Below, piece by piece: positions 39,348-48,689 of a DNA stretch of 64,000 nucleotides. A program made the translations under genes and the position numbers. Numbering within the stretch: the first letter of the stretch is position 1; every line of letters starts with the position of its first letter. Origin of the DNA: an uncultured Rhodobacteraceae bacterium (GTDB lineage: Bacteria > Pseudomonadota > Alphaproteobacteria > Rhodobacterales > Rhodobacteraceae); NCBI GenBank assembly GCA_947500135.1, contig CANMQX010000004.1, forward strand, positions 411,442-475,441. Direction: 5' to 3'. The notes under the pieces were generated by a model. That model searched no databases. It was not told the DNA's origin and saw only the letters and a program-made list of their open reading frames with translations.

Positions 39348-40358
39348 TCAGTCATAACGCAGTTCGGTCGCTTTACCCCGGAAGATCGTGTAGGCGAGCA
39401 CCGTGTAGGCCATGATCGTTGGCAACACGATGCAGGTCCCCATCAGAATGATGAACAGGCTTTCCGGGGCGCTGGCCGCGTCATAGATCGTCAGCTTTTC
39501 AGGCACGACATAGGGATAGAAACTGTAGGCCATCCCGCCAAAGGCCATCACCCAAAGGGCTGTTGCCGCAGCAAAGGGCAGCCATGACCGGCGGTCACCA
39601 TAAAACGGCATTCGCCGCAGCATCCACCAGAGCCAGACAACCAACATACCCGACAGAATGGGCAGCGGCGACAGGTAGAGAAATGATGGCCAGCTGAACC
39701 ATTTATCAAAGATCCGGTCACTGACATACGGTGTCGCTAGCGAAATGGCGGCGATCCCCAGTACCAGCCCCCAGATACCACCCTTGGCCCAGTCGACCGC
39801 CTTGCGCTGCAAGTATTCATCTGTTTTGTGGATCACCCATGTCGCCCCGATGAAGCTGTAACCCACGGTGAGGAACACCGCCGTTAACAGGCCAAATCCG
39901 GCATGTGCCCAGCTCCATTCCAGACCCATGATATACATACCCAGCATGAAACCCTGCGACAGCGATGTCATCAGCGACCCTGCAAAAAACGCAGTGTTCC
40001 ATGCATCCTTATACGGGGCGGGTGCCTTGGCCCGGAATTCGAACGCAACCCCCCGCAGGATCAACCCGATCAGCATGATCGTCACAGGCAGATAAAGCGC
40101 CGTCAGGATTTCGCCATGGGCTGCCGGGAAGGCTACCAGCAGCAGCCCGACCGCCAGGACGAGCCACGTTTCATTGGCATCCCAGAACGGCCCGATAGAG
40201 GCGATCATGCGATCTTTTTCATTATCATCGGCAAAGGGGAACAGAATGCCGACGCCCAAATCGAACCCATCCAGAACCACATAGATCAGGATCGACACAC
40301 CCATAAGCGCGGCAAAGACGAAGGGCAACCAGACGGTTGGATCACCAAATGTGTTCAT
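39348..40358 (-). CDS. cydB: Cytochrome bd-type quinol oxidase subunit II (CioB-like)
   Basis: LDGFDLGVGIL, GPFWDANETWL, LRGVAFEFR. Confidence 0.93.
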   Translation of the reverse strand: MNTFGDPTVWLPFVFAALMGVSILIYVVLDGFDLGVGILFPFADDNEKDRMIASIGPFWDANETWLVLAVGLLLVAFPAAHGEILTALYLPVTIMLIGLILRGVAFEFRAKAPAPYKDAWNTAFFAGSLMTSLSQGFMLGMYIMGLEWSWAHAGFGLLTAVFLTVGYSFIGATWVIHKTDEYLQRKAVDWAKGGIWGLVLGIAAISLATPYVSDRIFDKWFSWPSFLYLSPLPILSGMLVVWLWWMLRRMPFYGDRRSWLPFAAATALWVMAFGGMAYSFYPYVVPEKLTIYDAASAPESLFIILMGTCIVLPTIMAYTVLAYTIFRGKATELRYD

Positions 40359-40363
40359 TTTGC

Positions 40364-41752
40364 CTACTCCGCCGGTACGGCGCGTGCGACCGCCGCTTCG
40401 GATTGTGGGGTTTTGGGATCGATCCGTTCACCCCGTGACATGCGCCGCGCCAGATAGAAGATGACCGAGATATAGGCCACCATCAGCACCGCATAGACAG
40501 CCAGATAAGCAATCAGCGTTGACAGCACCATTGGGGCGGGCACGTCTGCCACGGCTTCCTTGGTGCTCATCACACCTTGGACCAGCCAGGGTTGGCGACC
40601 AATCTCGGTTGTGTACCAACCGGCGAGGGTGGCGACCCAGCCGCTAAAGCTCATGCCCACAAGGACATAAAGCACCGGCTTGGGCAGTCCTTCGACCCCG
40701 CGCGATTTGCGCAGCATCATCGCAGAGGCACCCCAACTGACCAGCAGCATCAGCAGACCCGTACCGACCATCACCCGGAAGGACCAGAAGACAGGATTAA
40801 CCGGCGGGTGCAAAACCTCACCATTCTCGCCGATGAAGTCATTCAAACCTTTCACCTCACCGTTCCAGTCATGGGTCAGGATGAATGATGCCAGTTTTGG
40901 AATCGCGATTTCAAAGCGGTTCTCGCGCGCCTCTTCATCCGGCAGGGCGAATAAAACGAGCGGCACGCCGGTGTCAGTCTCCCAATTACCTTCCATCGCG
41001 GCGACTTTTGCGGGCTGATATTCCTTTGTGTTCAGCCCGTGAAAATCACCCAGCAGAATTTGCAACGGGATCAGCAGCGCGGCCGCGTAAACGGCCGTTT
41101 TCAAGGCCACCCGCACCCCTTCGGTGCGCCCGCCGATCAACCAGCGGAACGCACTGATACCCGCGATCAGGAAGCTGACAGTCAGGAAGCTTGCCAACAC
41201 CATATGGGCAAAGCGGTAAGGCATGGATGGGTTAAAGATAATCGCCCACCAGTCGGTCGCATGGGCCACGCCGTCAATCATCTCAAAGCCTTGAGGAGTG
41301 TGCATCCAGGAATTCAACACGATGATCCAGAAGGCGGACATCATGGTGCCGAATGCCACAAGGAAGGTCGCCGTTGTGTGCAGCCAGTTGGGTACACGCG
41401 AAAAACCGAACAGCATGATGCCCAAGAACACCGCCTCCAGAAAGAAGGCGGTCATGATCTCATAGGCCAACAAAGGCCCTGCGATATTGCCAACTTTTTC
41501 CATGAAACCCGGCCAGTTGGTGCCAAACTGGAAGGACATCGTAATGCCCGATACGACACCAAGTGCAAAGGAAAGGGCAAAGATTTTTACCCAGAACCGA
41601 TAGGCTTCCATCCAGCGTTCCTGCCGGGTCTGGTTATACCGGACCTTGAAAAACAACAGCACCCATCCAAGCGCGATGGTGATCGTTGGAAACAGGATGT
41701 GGAACGAAATATTCGCCGCAAATTGAATGCGTGATAGCAGCAGGGTTTCCAT
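40364..41752 (-). CDS. cydA: Cytochrome bd-type quinol oxidase subunit I (CioA-like, short Q-loop)
   Basis: FHILF, FQFGTNW, FAHM, PAKVAAME, FRVMVG and EIGRQPW. Confidence 0.94.
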   Translation of the reverse strand: METLLLSRIQFAANISFHILFPTITIALGWVLLFFKVRYNQTRQERWMEAYRFWVKIFALSFALGVVSGITMSFQFGTNWPGFMEKVGNIAGPLLAYEIMTAFFLEAVFLGIMLFGFSRVPNWLHTTATFLVAFGTMMSAFWIIVLNSWMHTPQGFEMIDGVAHATDWWAIIFNPSMPYRFAHMVLASFLTVSFLIAGISAFRWLIGGRTEGVRVALKTAVYAAALLIPLQILLGDFHGLNTKEYQPAKVAAMEGNWETDTGVPLVLFALPDEEARENRFEIAIPKLASFILTHDWNGEVKGLNDFIGENGEVLHPPVNPVFWSFRVMVGTGLLMLLVSWGASAMMLRKSRGVEGLPKPVLYVLVGMSFSGWVATLAGWYTTEIGRQPWLVQGVMSTKEAVADVPAPMVLSTLIAYLAVYAVLMVAYISVIFYLARRMSRGERIDPKTPQSEAAVARAVPAE

Positions 41753-41870
41753 AGTGACCTCGACTCCTTCTTGGCCGTATGCGCCGTTGCTTCTCATATA
41801 GCTGTTAACGGGCTGTGATCAGGGGGGTGCGACAGCACAGCGCGGTTCTTTGGAATTATTCTAAAAAGCA

Positions 41871-41920
41871 CGAAACGATTGGAAAGTTGCGTGACATCCC
41901 GCGCAATTTCCGAAACGATT
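41871..41920 (+). promoter_or_regulatory. Pair of 10-bp direct repeats CGAAACGATT (LacI-family-like operator cores) upstream of uraH-rbsD
   Basis: Identical 10-mers at 41871-41880 and 41911-41920, flanking an imperfect inverted repeat. Confidence 0.35.
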
Positions 41921-41941
41921 ATAGCAACGAAGGAGGATGTT

Positions 41942-42286
41942 TTGACAGGATATTTGACAACCCATGTGCTGGACACGGCCAGCGGCTCGCCCGCAGCTGG
42001 CATGACCGTCGATTTGTACCAGTTGAACGGCGACACCCGGACCCATCTGGTCAAGATGATCACCAATGATGACGGGCGCACCGACAGCCCGATCCTGCCG
42101 CAGGCAGAATTTGCCGTGGGGCAATATGAACTGGTGTTTCAGGCCGGGGCCTATTTCGGGCGCGACGATGATCCATCGTTTCTGGATGACATCCCGATCC
42201 GGTTCGGGATCAATGATCCCAAATCGCATTACCATGTGCCGCTGCTTGTCTCGCCCTTCAGCTTTTCGACTTATCGGGGCAGTTGA
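41942..42286 (+). CDS. uraH: 5-hydroxyisourate hydrolase (transthyretin-like)
   Basis: LTTHVLD, TNDDGRTD, HYHVPLL and C-terminal YRGS. TTG start with GGAGG RBS. Confidence 0.95.
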   Translation: MTGYLTTHVLDTASGSPAAGMTVDLYQLNGDTRTHLVKMITNDDGRTDSPILPQAEFAVGQYELVFQAGAYFGRDDDPSFLDDIPIRFGINDPKSHYHVPLLVSPFSFSTYRGS

Positions 42287-42696
42287 TGAAGCGGACGACG
42301 CTTTTGAACCGCGAGGTGAGCGCTCTGGTGGCGTCCCTTGGTCACATGGATGAAATTGTGATTGGGGATGCGGGCCTGCCGGTTCCTGCTGAGGTGCCGG
42401 TGATTGATTTGGCGGTCATGGCCGGGGTCCCCGGCTTCTGGGATGTGTTGACGGCATTGCAATCCGAAGTGGTGATCGAAGGGGCGCATCACGCGGCAGA
42501 GGCATCACCGGAATTGCAAGCGCGGTTCAATACGGTCTGCGACGATTGGGCGGCGGCACAGGGCAAGCCCATCACCATGGATCGGATGTCACATGATGCG
42601 TTCAAGGCGCGCATGGCGCAGGCCCGCGCTGTTATTCGCACCGGGGAATGCACGCCCTATTGTAACCTGATCCTTGTCAGCGGCGTGCCGTTTTAG
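42286..42696 (+). CDS. rbsD: D-ribose pyranase
   Basis: LGHMDEIVIGDAGLPVP, SHDAFK, IRTGECTPYCNLILVSGV.F. Confidence 0.92.
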   Translation: MKRTTLLNREVSALVASLGHMDEIVIGDAGLPVPAEVPVIDLAVMAGVPGFWDVLTALQSEVVIEGAHHAAEASPELQARFNTVCDDWAAAQGKPITMDRMSHDAFKARMAQARAVIRTGECTPYCNLILVSGVPF

Positions 42697-43661
42697 GGTT
42701 TCGTGAAGGTCCATTGGGTGATCTGCTGATAGGTCTCGCCCGCATCCACCATGATTGACGGAAAACGCGGGTTGTTCGGCGCATCCGGCCAACCCTGCGC
42801 CTCAATCGCCAACCCTTCATAAGGGGCACGATCGGGGCGTCGCGCGTCGCGGGCATCATAGATTTGAACGCCGGGTTCGGTTGTTGCCATTTGCATCGTC
42901 AGGCCGTTGCTGCCGCGTAATTCCAACACATCACGCAAAGGCCCACGCGCATCGGAAACGCAGAAATTATTGTCAAATGCGGGCGCGTTTACACTGACGG
43001 CGCCGCGGGTGCGGAAATCCATTTCGGTCCCCGCAACATCGGCAATCTCGCCGGTTGGATAATGATCGTCGGTTCCGGGCAGATAACGATCCGCCGCAAT
43101 CTGCAAATGATGCCCGTCAAAAACCGTGGTGCCGTCAAGGTTCCAGTAACTGTGATTGGCGAAGTTCATCGGCGTCCGGGCATCGGTGGTGCCGGCGATG
43201 GTCAGCGTCATTGTCCCGGGCGCGCGGAGCATATATTTCGCCGTCACCACCCGATTGCCCGGCAAACCGCAACTGCCATCGGGCAATGACAGGCGCAATG
43301 TGGCGCTGTCCGGGGTGGTTTCTAACACATCCCAAACCTGCAAATGGCTGGCTTGCGCGCCGGAATGCAGATGGATGCGCCCGTCCTGATTGCGCTCCAG
43401 TTCATACATCATCCCGTCAATACGGATGCGGGCATTGCTGATCCGATTGACGATGGGGCCAATCAGGCTGCCATGATAGCGCATGGCACCTTCGTAATCT
43501 GACAGATTGTCAGAGCCGAGCGTCAGCGCATGTTCAACCCCGCGCAACCTGACATCCTGCAAAACCGCGCCCCATGTCAGTAGGCTGATGGTCAAATCAC
43601 CTGCGGACAGGGTGATCTTGTGAACCTCCTGCCCCTTGGCGGTGGCGCCAAACGGGGTCAT
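42693..43661 (-). CDS. galM: Aldose 1-epimerase (galactose mutarotase)
   Basis: GPIVNRI, HLHSG, NFANHSYWNL, ATTEPGVQIY, GLAIEAQ. Confidence 0.9.
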   Translation of the reverse strand: MTPFGATAKGQEVHKITLSAGDLTISLLTWGAVLQDVRLRGVEHALTLGSDNLSDYEGAMRYHGSLIGPIVNRISNARIRIDGMMYELERNQDGRIHLHSGAQASHLQVWDVLETTPDSATLRLSLPDGSCGLPGNRVVTAKYMLRAPGTMTLTIAGTTDARTPMNFANHSYWNLDGTTVFDGHHLQIAADRYLPGTDDHYPTGEIADVAGTEMDFRTRGAVSVNAPAFDNNFCVSDARGPLRDVLELRGSNGLTMQMATTEPGVQIYDARDARRPDRAPYEGLAIEAQGWPDAPNNPRFPSIMVDAGETYQQITQWTFTKP

Positions 43662-45559
43662 AGCGGCTCCCAATGCACGCTTGCGGGCGGGATGATGATA
43701 TCGTTCCAGGCCTGCGCCTTGGGGGCATAGTTGAAGACAAAGCGATGCGTGGAAGTGTCGCGAATACGCATCGCTTGGGGCAACGCATAGGTCGTCAGGT
43801 CAAGCGTATCGCATAGCCCGCCAATGATGGCGTCAAACGTCGCATCATCTGGCCAGCCCGCAAGGTAACGCAGGTGATCGCCCCCCATGATCGCCGGTTG
43901 GCCTGCTGCCGTGCTCAGATGCACAGGCGCGTTGCCTTCCAGATGTTCAAACCAATGCCAGAACCGGCCCCCGCCTTGCAGCTTGACCCGGCAATCGGGC
44001 GGCATGCTTTCCGACAGGGCGACGGTGATGTCAGTATCGGGCAGATTGGGGCCAAGCGGGGTTGCGATGCTCAACTCATCGGTTTTTGTATCTGAGCGTG
44101 GGCCGATCAGGGCGATGCCTTTGAACGTGGCCAATGCGGCCCGCAACGGGTCCGAAAGGTGCATGATCCCCGGCGCCAGAACCAGTTTATAATCCGAGAG
44201 ATCGTCAGTATCAGGGGGCAGAATATCAATATTCAACCCCGCCCGGCGCATTGCCCGATAGGCATAGAACGCCAGCCGGAACATTTCGAAATCCGCACCT
44301 TGGGGCTGCGCATCCCAGGCCCACGCGCTTTCATAGTCAAAGATCAGGGCGGCCTGGGCCGGGGCGGTGTCGACGTCGGGCATATCGGCTATTTCATCTG
44401 CTACCTGCCGCGCCTCGGCCAGCGCCGGGGCGGGTGCGCTATCAGGCCGTAGCAGCCCCGCATGCATTTGTTCCTGCGCAAAGGGGGCCTGTCGCCAGCG
44501 AAAATAGCAGACGGTTTCGGCACCATGGGCAAAGGCCTCCCACGCCCAAAGACGGGCCATGCCGGGCAAGGGGGCTGGATTGTAAGGGGCCCAGTTTACG
44601 GGACCGGGCTGTTGTTCCATCACCCAAAGGCGGCCCTTGCCCACGGCCCGGTAAAGGTCGTGATGGAAAGCCTGAAAATCTGGATGGCCCTGCCGCAGGA
44701 ATTTTTTCTTTTCTTTTGAAGAGCCTTCAAGCCGATCCGAAAGGAAGCCAATTGGGTAACTATCCCATGATGCGATATCAAGGTCGGCCCCAACCTTCCA
44801 ATGATCGAATGTCGTGATCCGGCCCATATAGTTATGGATCAGCGGTGCGTCGGTGTGGCGGCGCAGCTCGTCGGCCTGCACCTTGTTGAAGGCCACGACC
44901 TGATCGGAACTATAGCGCCGAAAGGCCAGCTGATGCGGGTGGTTGGGTTCGGTGACGGTCAGGTTGGGCAGATCAATCTGATCAAACGTATCATATTCCA
45001 TCGACCAGAACACATTGCCCCAGGCGCGGTTCAGCGCGTCGGTGGATTGGTATTTCTGCGCTAGCCAATCCTGAAAACCGCGTCGGGCGGCGTCCGAATA
45101 ACTCAACGTTGTGTCGTGGCAATCATATTCATTGTCGATCTGCCAGGCGGCGATATGGGGGTTCTTGCCATAGCGTTCGCCCATCAGGCGCGCGATGCGT
45201 TTGCATTCGTCGCGATAGCCAAGATGACTGAAATCATAGTGGCGGCGTGACCCGAATTTGCGCGGGCGGCCTTCGGCGTCAACCGCCAGCATGTCGGGGT
45301 ATTTGTCGATCATCCATCGGGGCGGGGTGGCAGTGGGCGTCCCAAGAATGATTTTCAACCCGGCATCGCCCAAAACCGCAATCGCCCGGTCCAGCCAATC
45401 CCATGTGAATGTGCCGGGGCTGGGTTCCATCCGGCTCCACCCGAATTCCCCGATACGCACCCATGACAGGCCGGTTGCGACCATGCGGGCCGCGTCTTCG
45501 GCCCATTGATCCTCGGGCCAGTGTTCAGGGTAATAACAGACGCCAAGCGTGCGTTTCAT
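43658..45559 (-). CDS. Beta-galactosidase, GH42
   Basis: YYPEHWP, GEFGWSRMEP, acid/base WQIDNEY, nucleophile VMEQQ, EQMHAG. Confidence 0.93.
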   Translation of the reverse strand: MKRTLGVCYYPEHWPEDQWAEDAARMVATGLSWVRIGEFGWSRMEPSPGTFTWDWLDRAIAVLGDAGLKIILGTPTATPPRWMIDKYPDMLAVDAEGRPRKFGSRRHYDFSHLGYRDECKRIARLMGERYGKNPHIAAWQIDNEYDCHDTTLSYSDAARRGFQDWLAQKYQSTDALNRAWGNVFWSMEYDTFDQIDLPNLTVTEPNHPHQLAFRRYSSDQVVAFNKVQADELRRHTDAPLIHNYMGRITTFDHWKVGADLDIASWDSYPIGFLSDRLEGSSKEKKKFLRQGHPDFQAFHHDLYRAVGKGRLWVMEQQPGPVNWAPYNPAPLPGMARLWAWEAFAHGAETVCYFRWRQAPFAQEQMHAGLLRPDSAPAPALAEARQVADEIADMPDVDTAPAQAALIFDYESAWAWDAQPQGADFEMFRLAFYAYRAMRRAGLNIDILPPDTDDLSDYKLVLAPGIMHLSDPLRAALATFKGIALIGPRSDTKTDELSIATPLGPNLPDTDITVALSESMPPDCRVKLQGGGRFWHWFEHLEGNAPVHLSTAAGQPAIMGGDHLRYLAGWPDDATFDAIIGGLCDTLDLTTYALPQAMRIRDTSTHRFVFNYAPKAQAWNDIIIPPASVHWEPL

Positions 45560-45574
45560 AGTCCGGGACCTTTT

Positions 45575-45595
45575 GAGTATTTTTGGCAAAATGAT
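45575..45595. repeat. 21-bp repeat GAGTATTTTTGGCAAAATGAT, copy 1
   Basis: Exact copy at 59122-59142. Confidence 0.75.
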
Positions 45596-45607
45596 AATGC
45601 GGTCGGT

Positions 45608-46429
45608 TTACACGATCACGCGATTTTCTTTCTGGCCAGTCGTTGTTGTTGGGGTAGAAAACGTTTTGCCGTCATCGTCGCCTGTAAGTCCGACAGCGGC
45701 AGAGGTGCAATAGAGCGTCTGCAAATCCGGCCCGCCAAAGGCCGGGCAGGAGGTTTGCTTGGCCGCGAAAGAATGCGCCGCGATGAATCTGCCGTCGGGC
45801 CGATACCCCGCCACCCGCGACGTGCCCCATTGCGCATTCCACAGGTTGCCTGCCGCGTCCACAACCGCGCCATCGGGGCGGAAATCAGTGCCGGTCAGAT
45901 CGATATGCAGGACCGGATCGCCATCTGGCCAGCCATCGGCATCAAGGGCGACGCGCATGATCTGCTGTGTCGGGGTGTCGGTGAAATAGGCGGCCTTGCC
46001 ATCGGGTGCAAAGCAGATCGCATTGCTGATCGTGACCGCGGCAAAGAGCTGGCGCAGCTCGCCCTTGTAATAGCGATAGATGGCACCTGCACCATCTTCT
46101 GCTGCAATCCCCATCGTGCCAATCCAGAACCCACCTTGTGGATCAGCGCGCCCATCATTGGACCGAGTGACGGGGTTGTCGGCCTCCAGCGGGCAAATCT
46201 CAGTATGAGCGCCAGTGTCGATATCAAACCGGTGCAGCGCCCGGGCAGAGGCAACCAGCAGCGTATCCCGGTCAACCCAGCCCGCCGCGCTGACATAGGT
46301 GTCGAATTGCCAATGCTGGCCCTTGGTATGCAACCTGTGCCCAAGAATATCGAACCAGAATAATTGCTGGCGTTCAGGGTGCCATAGCGGCCCTTCACCC
46401 AACTGGCACTGCGTGTCGTCAAAGATCAT
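45608..46429 (-). CDS. SMP-30/gluconolactonase family lactonase (probable galactonolactonase)
   Basis: [38 protein letters not shown]. Confidence 0.88.
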   Translation of the reverse strand: MIFDDTQCQLGEGPLWHPERQQLFWFDILGHRLHTKGQHWQFDTYVSAAGWVDRDTLLVASARALHRFDIDTGAHTEICPLEADNPVTRSNDGRADPQGGFWIGTMGIAAEDGAGAIYRYYKGELRQLFAAVTISNAICFAPDGKAAYFTDTPTQQIMRVALDADGWPDGDPVLHIDLTGTDFRPDGAVVDAAGNLWNAQWGTSRVAGYRPDGRFIAAHSFAAKQTSCPAFGGPDLQTLYCTSAAVGLTGDDDGKTFSTPTTTTGQKENRVIV

Positions 46430-47031
46430 TTCGCGGCCTCATCATAGGCGGCGACCATCTCCCTTGCGCGCGCGGTGACATCGGCGACGGACAGCCCGGG
46501 TTTGTACAAGGCTGACCCGATGCCGAACCCATCCGCACTGGCGGCCATCCATTGGGCGAAATTGTCGGCACCCGCGCCACCAACCGCATAGACTTGCGTG
46601 CCTTCGGGCAGGATCGCCCGGATCGCCTTGATCCCATCAGGGCCCAGCAGACTGGCGGGGAAGATCTTGAGCCCATCAGCGCCTGCTTTCAGGGCTGTGA
46701 AACATTCGGTCGGGGTCATGACCCCCGGCCAGCTTTGCATGCCCGCAGTCTTGGTGGCGACAATCACGCGTTGGTCACAGTTGGGCGACACGATCAGTTT
46801 GCCCCCCGCCTGAGCAACCCGGCCTACATCATCGGTGGACAGAACCGTGCCTGCCCCGATCAGGGCATCGGAGCCGTGGGCATCAACCATCGCCTTGATA
46901 CTGTCAAACGGATCGGGGGAGTTTAGCGGCACCTCGATCCTGGTGATCCCGGTATCAATCAGGGCAGTGCAGATTGGCACGGCCTCGTCAGGGGTGATCC
47001 CGCGCAGAATGGCGATCAGGGGGCGTGACAT
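46426..47031 (-). CDS. dgoA: 2-dehydro-3-deoxy-6-phosphogalactonate aldolase
   Basis: [29 protein letters not shown]. Confidence 0.93.
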   Translation of the reverse strand: MSRPLIAILRGITPDEAVPICTALIDTGITRIEVPLNSPDPFDSIKAMVDAHGSDALIGAGTVLSTDDVGRVAQAGGKLIVSPNCDQRVIVATKTAGMQSWPGVMTPTECFTALKAGADGLKIFPASLLGPDGIKAIRAILPEGTQVYAVGGAGADNFAQWMAASADGFGIGSALYKPGLSVADVTARAREMVAAYDEAAK

Positions 47032-47034
47032 AGG

Positions 47035-47934
47035 CTATCCTTTCAGGCGGCGATAGGCGGCGGTAAGGCCCGCGATCGTGATGGCATCGCCTTGCACTTG
47101 GGTGGCGGGGGCGTGCTGCGCAGCAAGGGCGTCAACATATAGCTTTGACAACCCACCAGCGCCAATCACTGCAATCTGCTGACCTAGCCAATAAGGCTTG
47201 GCGGCGGCCAGTTCGGCGCCAATCAGCAACCCTGACAAACGTGCGCGGGCGGCGGGACCGGGCAGATCATTCAGCAACCCTTCCGCCCGCAGCGAAAACA
47301 GCCGCGCGGCGAGCCGCTCAGGGCGCGCCATTGCGTCATCCACAGCCGTGGCAAAGGCGGCGTCATCCCACCCCTCGGTCGCCATAGAATGGCGCAGTAC
47401 GGTGTGTTCGCTGAGCGTGGCAAACAGCTCACCCGTCATAAAAGTCTGGAAACTCACGACCTCATCGGCGCTGACATGGACCCATTTTGTATGGGTGCCG
47501 GGCAGGCAGATGACACCGTCCCAATTCGGATTGCGTGCCAGAAATCCAGCGATCTGCGTTTCCTCGCCGCGCATCACATCGGCGGGGGCCATCTGTTTGA
47601 TGCCGGGGATGACATGGACTTGCAGGTCAGGGTTTGTGGCGGTTGCGCGCGCAAAACCGTCAGATAAGGCCGGGCAGGGGACGGCGGTATAAGGCGCCTC
47701 TACCCAGCCTTGGCGGGATCCGACCATGCCGCAGGCAATGATCGTTGTAGGGCCATCGATCCAGTCACCGACGGTGCGCAGCAATTCCGGCTCGAATGCG
47801 TCGCGGGCCAGTTCGCCCATGCCTTTATCGGACCGGGCCTCGGCCAGCACGCTGCCGGAACCTGACATTGCCCAGGCGCGCATATTGGACGTTCCCCAAT
47901 CCACCGCGATCCAGTCTGCCTTCACATCGCTCAT
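47035..47934 (-). CDS. dgoK: 2-dehydro-3-deoxygalactonokinase
   Basis: AVDWGTSN, GMVGSRQGW, DVMRGEETQ, PGTHTKW, FMTGELF. Confidence 0.94.
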   Translation of the reverse strand: MSDVKADWIAVDWGTSNMRAWAMSGSGSVLAEARSDKGMGELARDAFEPELLRTVGDWIDGPTTIIACGMVGSRQGWVEAPYTAVPCPALSDGFARATATNPDLQVHVIPGIKQMAPADVMRGEETQIAGFLARNPNWDGVICLPGTHTKWVHVSADEVVSFQTFMTGELFATLSEHTVLRHSMATEGWDDAAFATAVDDAMARPERLAARLFSLRAEGLLNDLPGPAARARLSGLLIGAELAAAKPYWLGQQIAVIGAGGLSKLYVDALAAQHAPATQVQGDAITIAGLTAAYRRLKG

Positions 47935-48689
47935 CCTGCGTGTACCACCCCTGCGTCAATCACCATGACCTGCCCGGTCATCATGGCCGAAGCGGAAGAC
48001 GCAAGAAAGAGGGTGCCGCCAACCATATCTTGCGGTTGGATAAACGCCTTCAGGCATTGTTTTTCCAAAAAGGCGGCTTTCGCCTCGGGCGTGGCCCACA
48101 TCGTTTCCTGTTTTTCGGTAAAGACCCAGCCAGGGGCAATCGCATTGACCCGAATGCCCTTTGGCCCCCACTCGCGGGCCAGCGCACGGGTCATGCCCGT
48201 AATGCCTGCATTGGCGCTGACATAAGGGACCATGCCAGCCGCCCCCATCAGATAGGTGATGGAGGAGAAATTGATAATGGAGCCTTTGGGCGCCATCAGC
48301 GCCGCAGCCTTCTGACAGGCAAAGAAATAGGCTTTGAAATTCACCGCCTGACTGTCATCCCAGACCTTTGGCGTGATCTCCATCGCGTCATGGCGCATAT
48401 CATTGGCGGCATTGTTGACCAATGCGGTGAAGGCGCCATGGACACCTGCGGCCCGTTCCATCGCGGCCTGCAACGAAGACGTGTCGGTAATGTCGCATTG
48501 GATGAATAGTGGCCGGTTGCCATAGGCCTTGTCCATCGCATCGACAAATGCGCTGGCATCAGAACGTCCGACAAAAGCAACCTTTGCGCCCTGCGCTAAA
48601 AACCCCTCGGTCAATGCAGCCCCGATGCCGTTGCCACCGCCGGTGATAAAGATGGACGCATCTTTCAGATCATGGAAGCTGGCGTTCAT
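47931..48689 (-). CDS. SDR family sugar dehydrogenase (candidate galactose 1-dehydrogenase)
   Basis: TGGGNGIG, NNAAND, IRVNAIAPGW. Lies between the alpha-galactosidase and dgoK. Confidence 0.8.
   Translation of the reverse strand: MNASFHDLKDASIFITGGGNGIGAALTEGFLAQGAKVAFVGRSDASAFVDAMDKAYGNRPLFIQCDITDTSSLQAAMERAAGVHGAFTALVNNAANDMRHDAMEITPKVWDDSQAVNFKAYFFACQKAAALMAPKGSIINFSSITYLMGAAGMVPYVSANAGITGMTRALAREWGPKGIRVNAIAPGWVFTEKQETMWATPEAKAAFLEKQCLKAFIQPQDMVGGTLFLASSASAMMTGQVMVIDAGVVHAG

Noticed and set aside
45560-45607. In-frame open spacer between the lactonase and the beta-galactosidase, suggesting a fusion
   Set aside because: Only 16 codons and mostly repeat-derived. The two families are normally separate, so this is likely chance.
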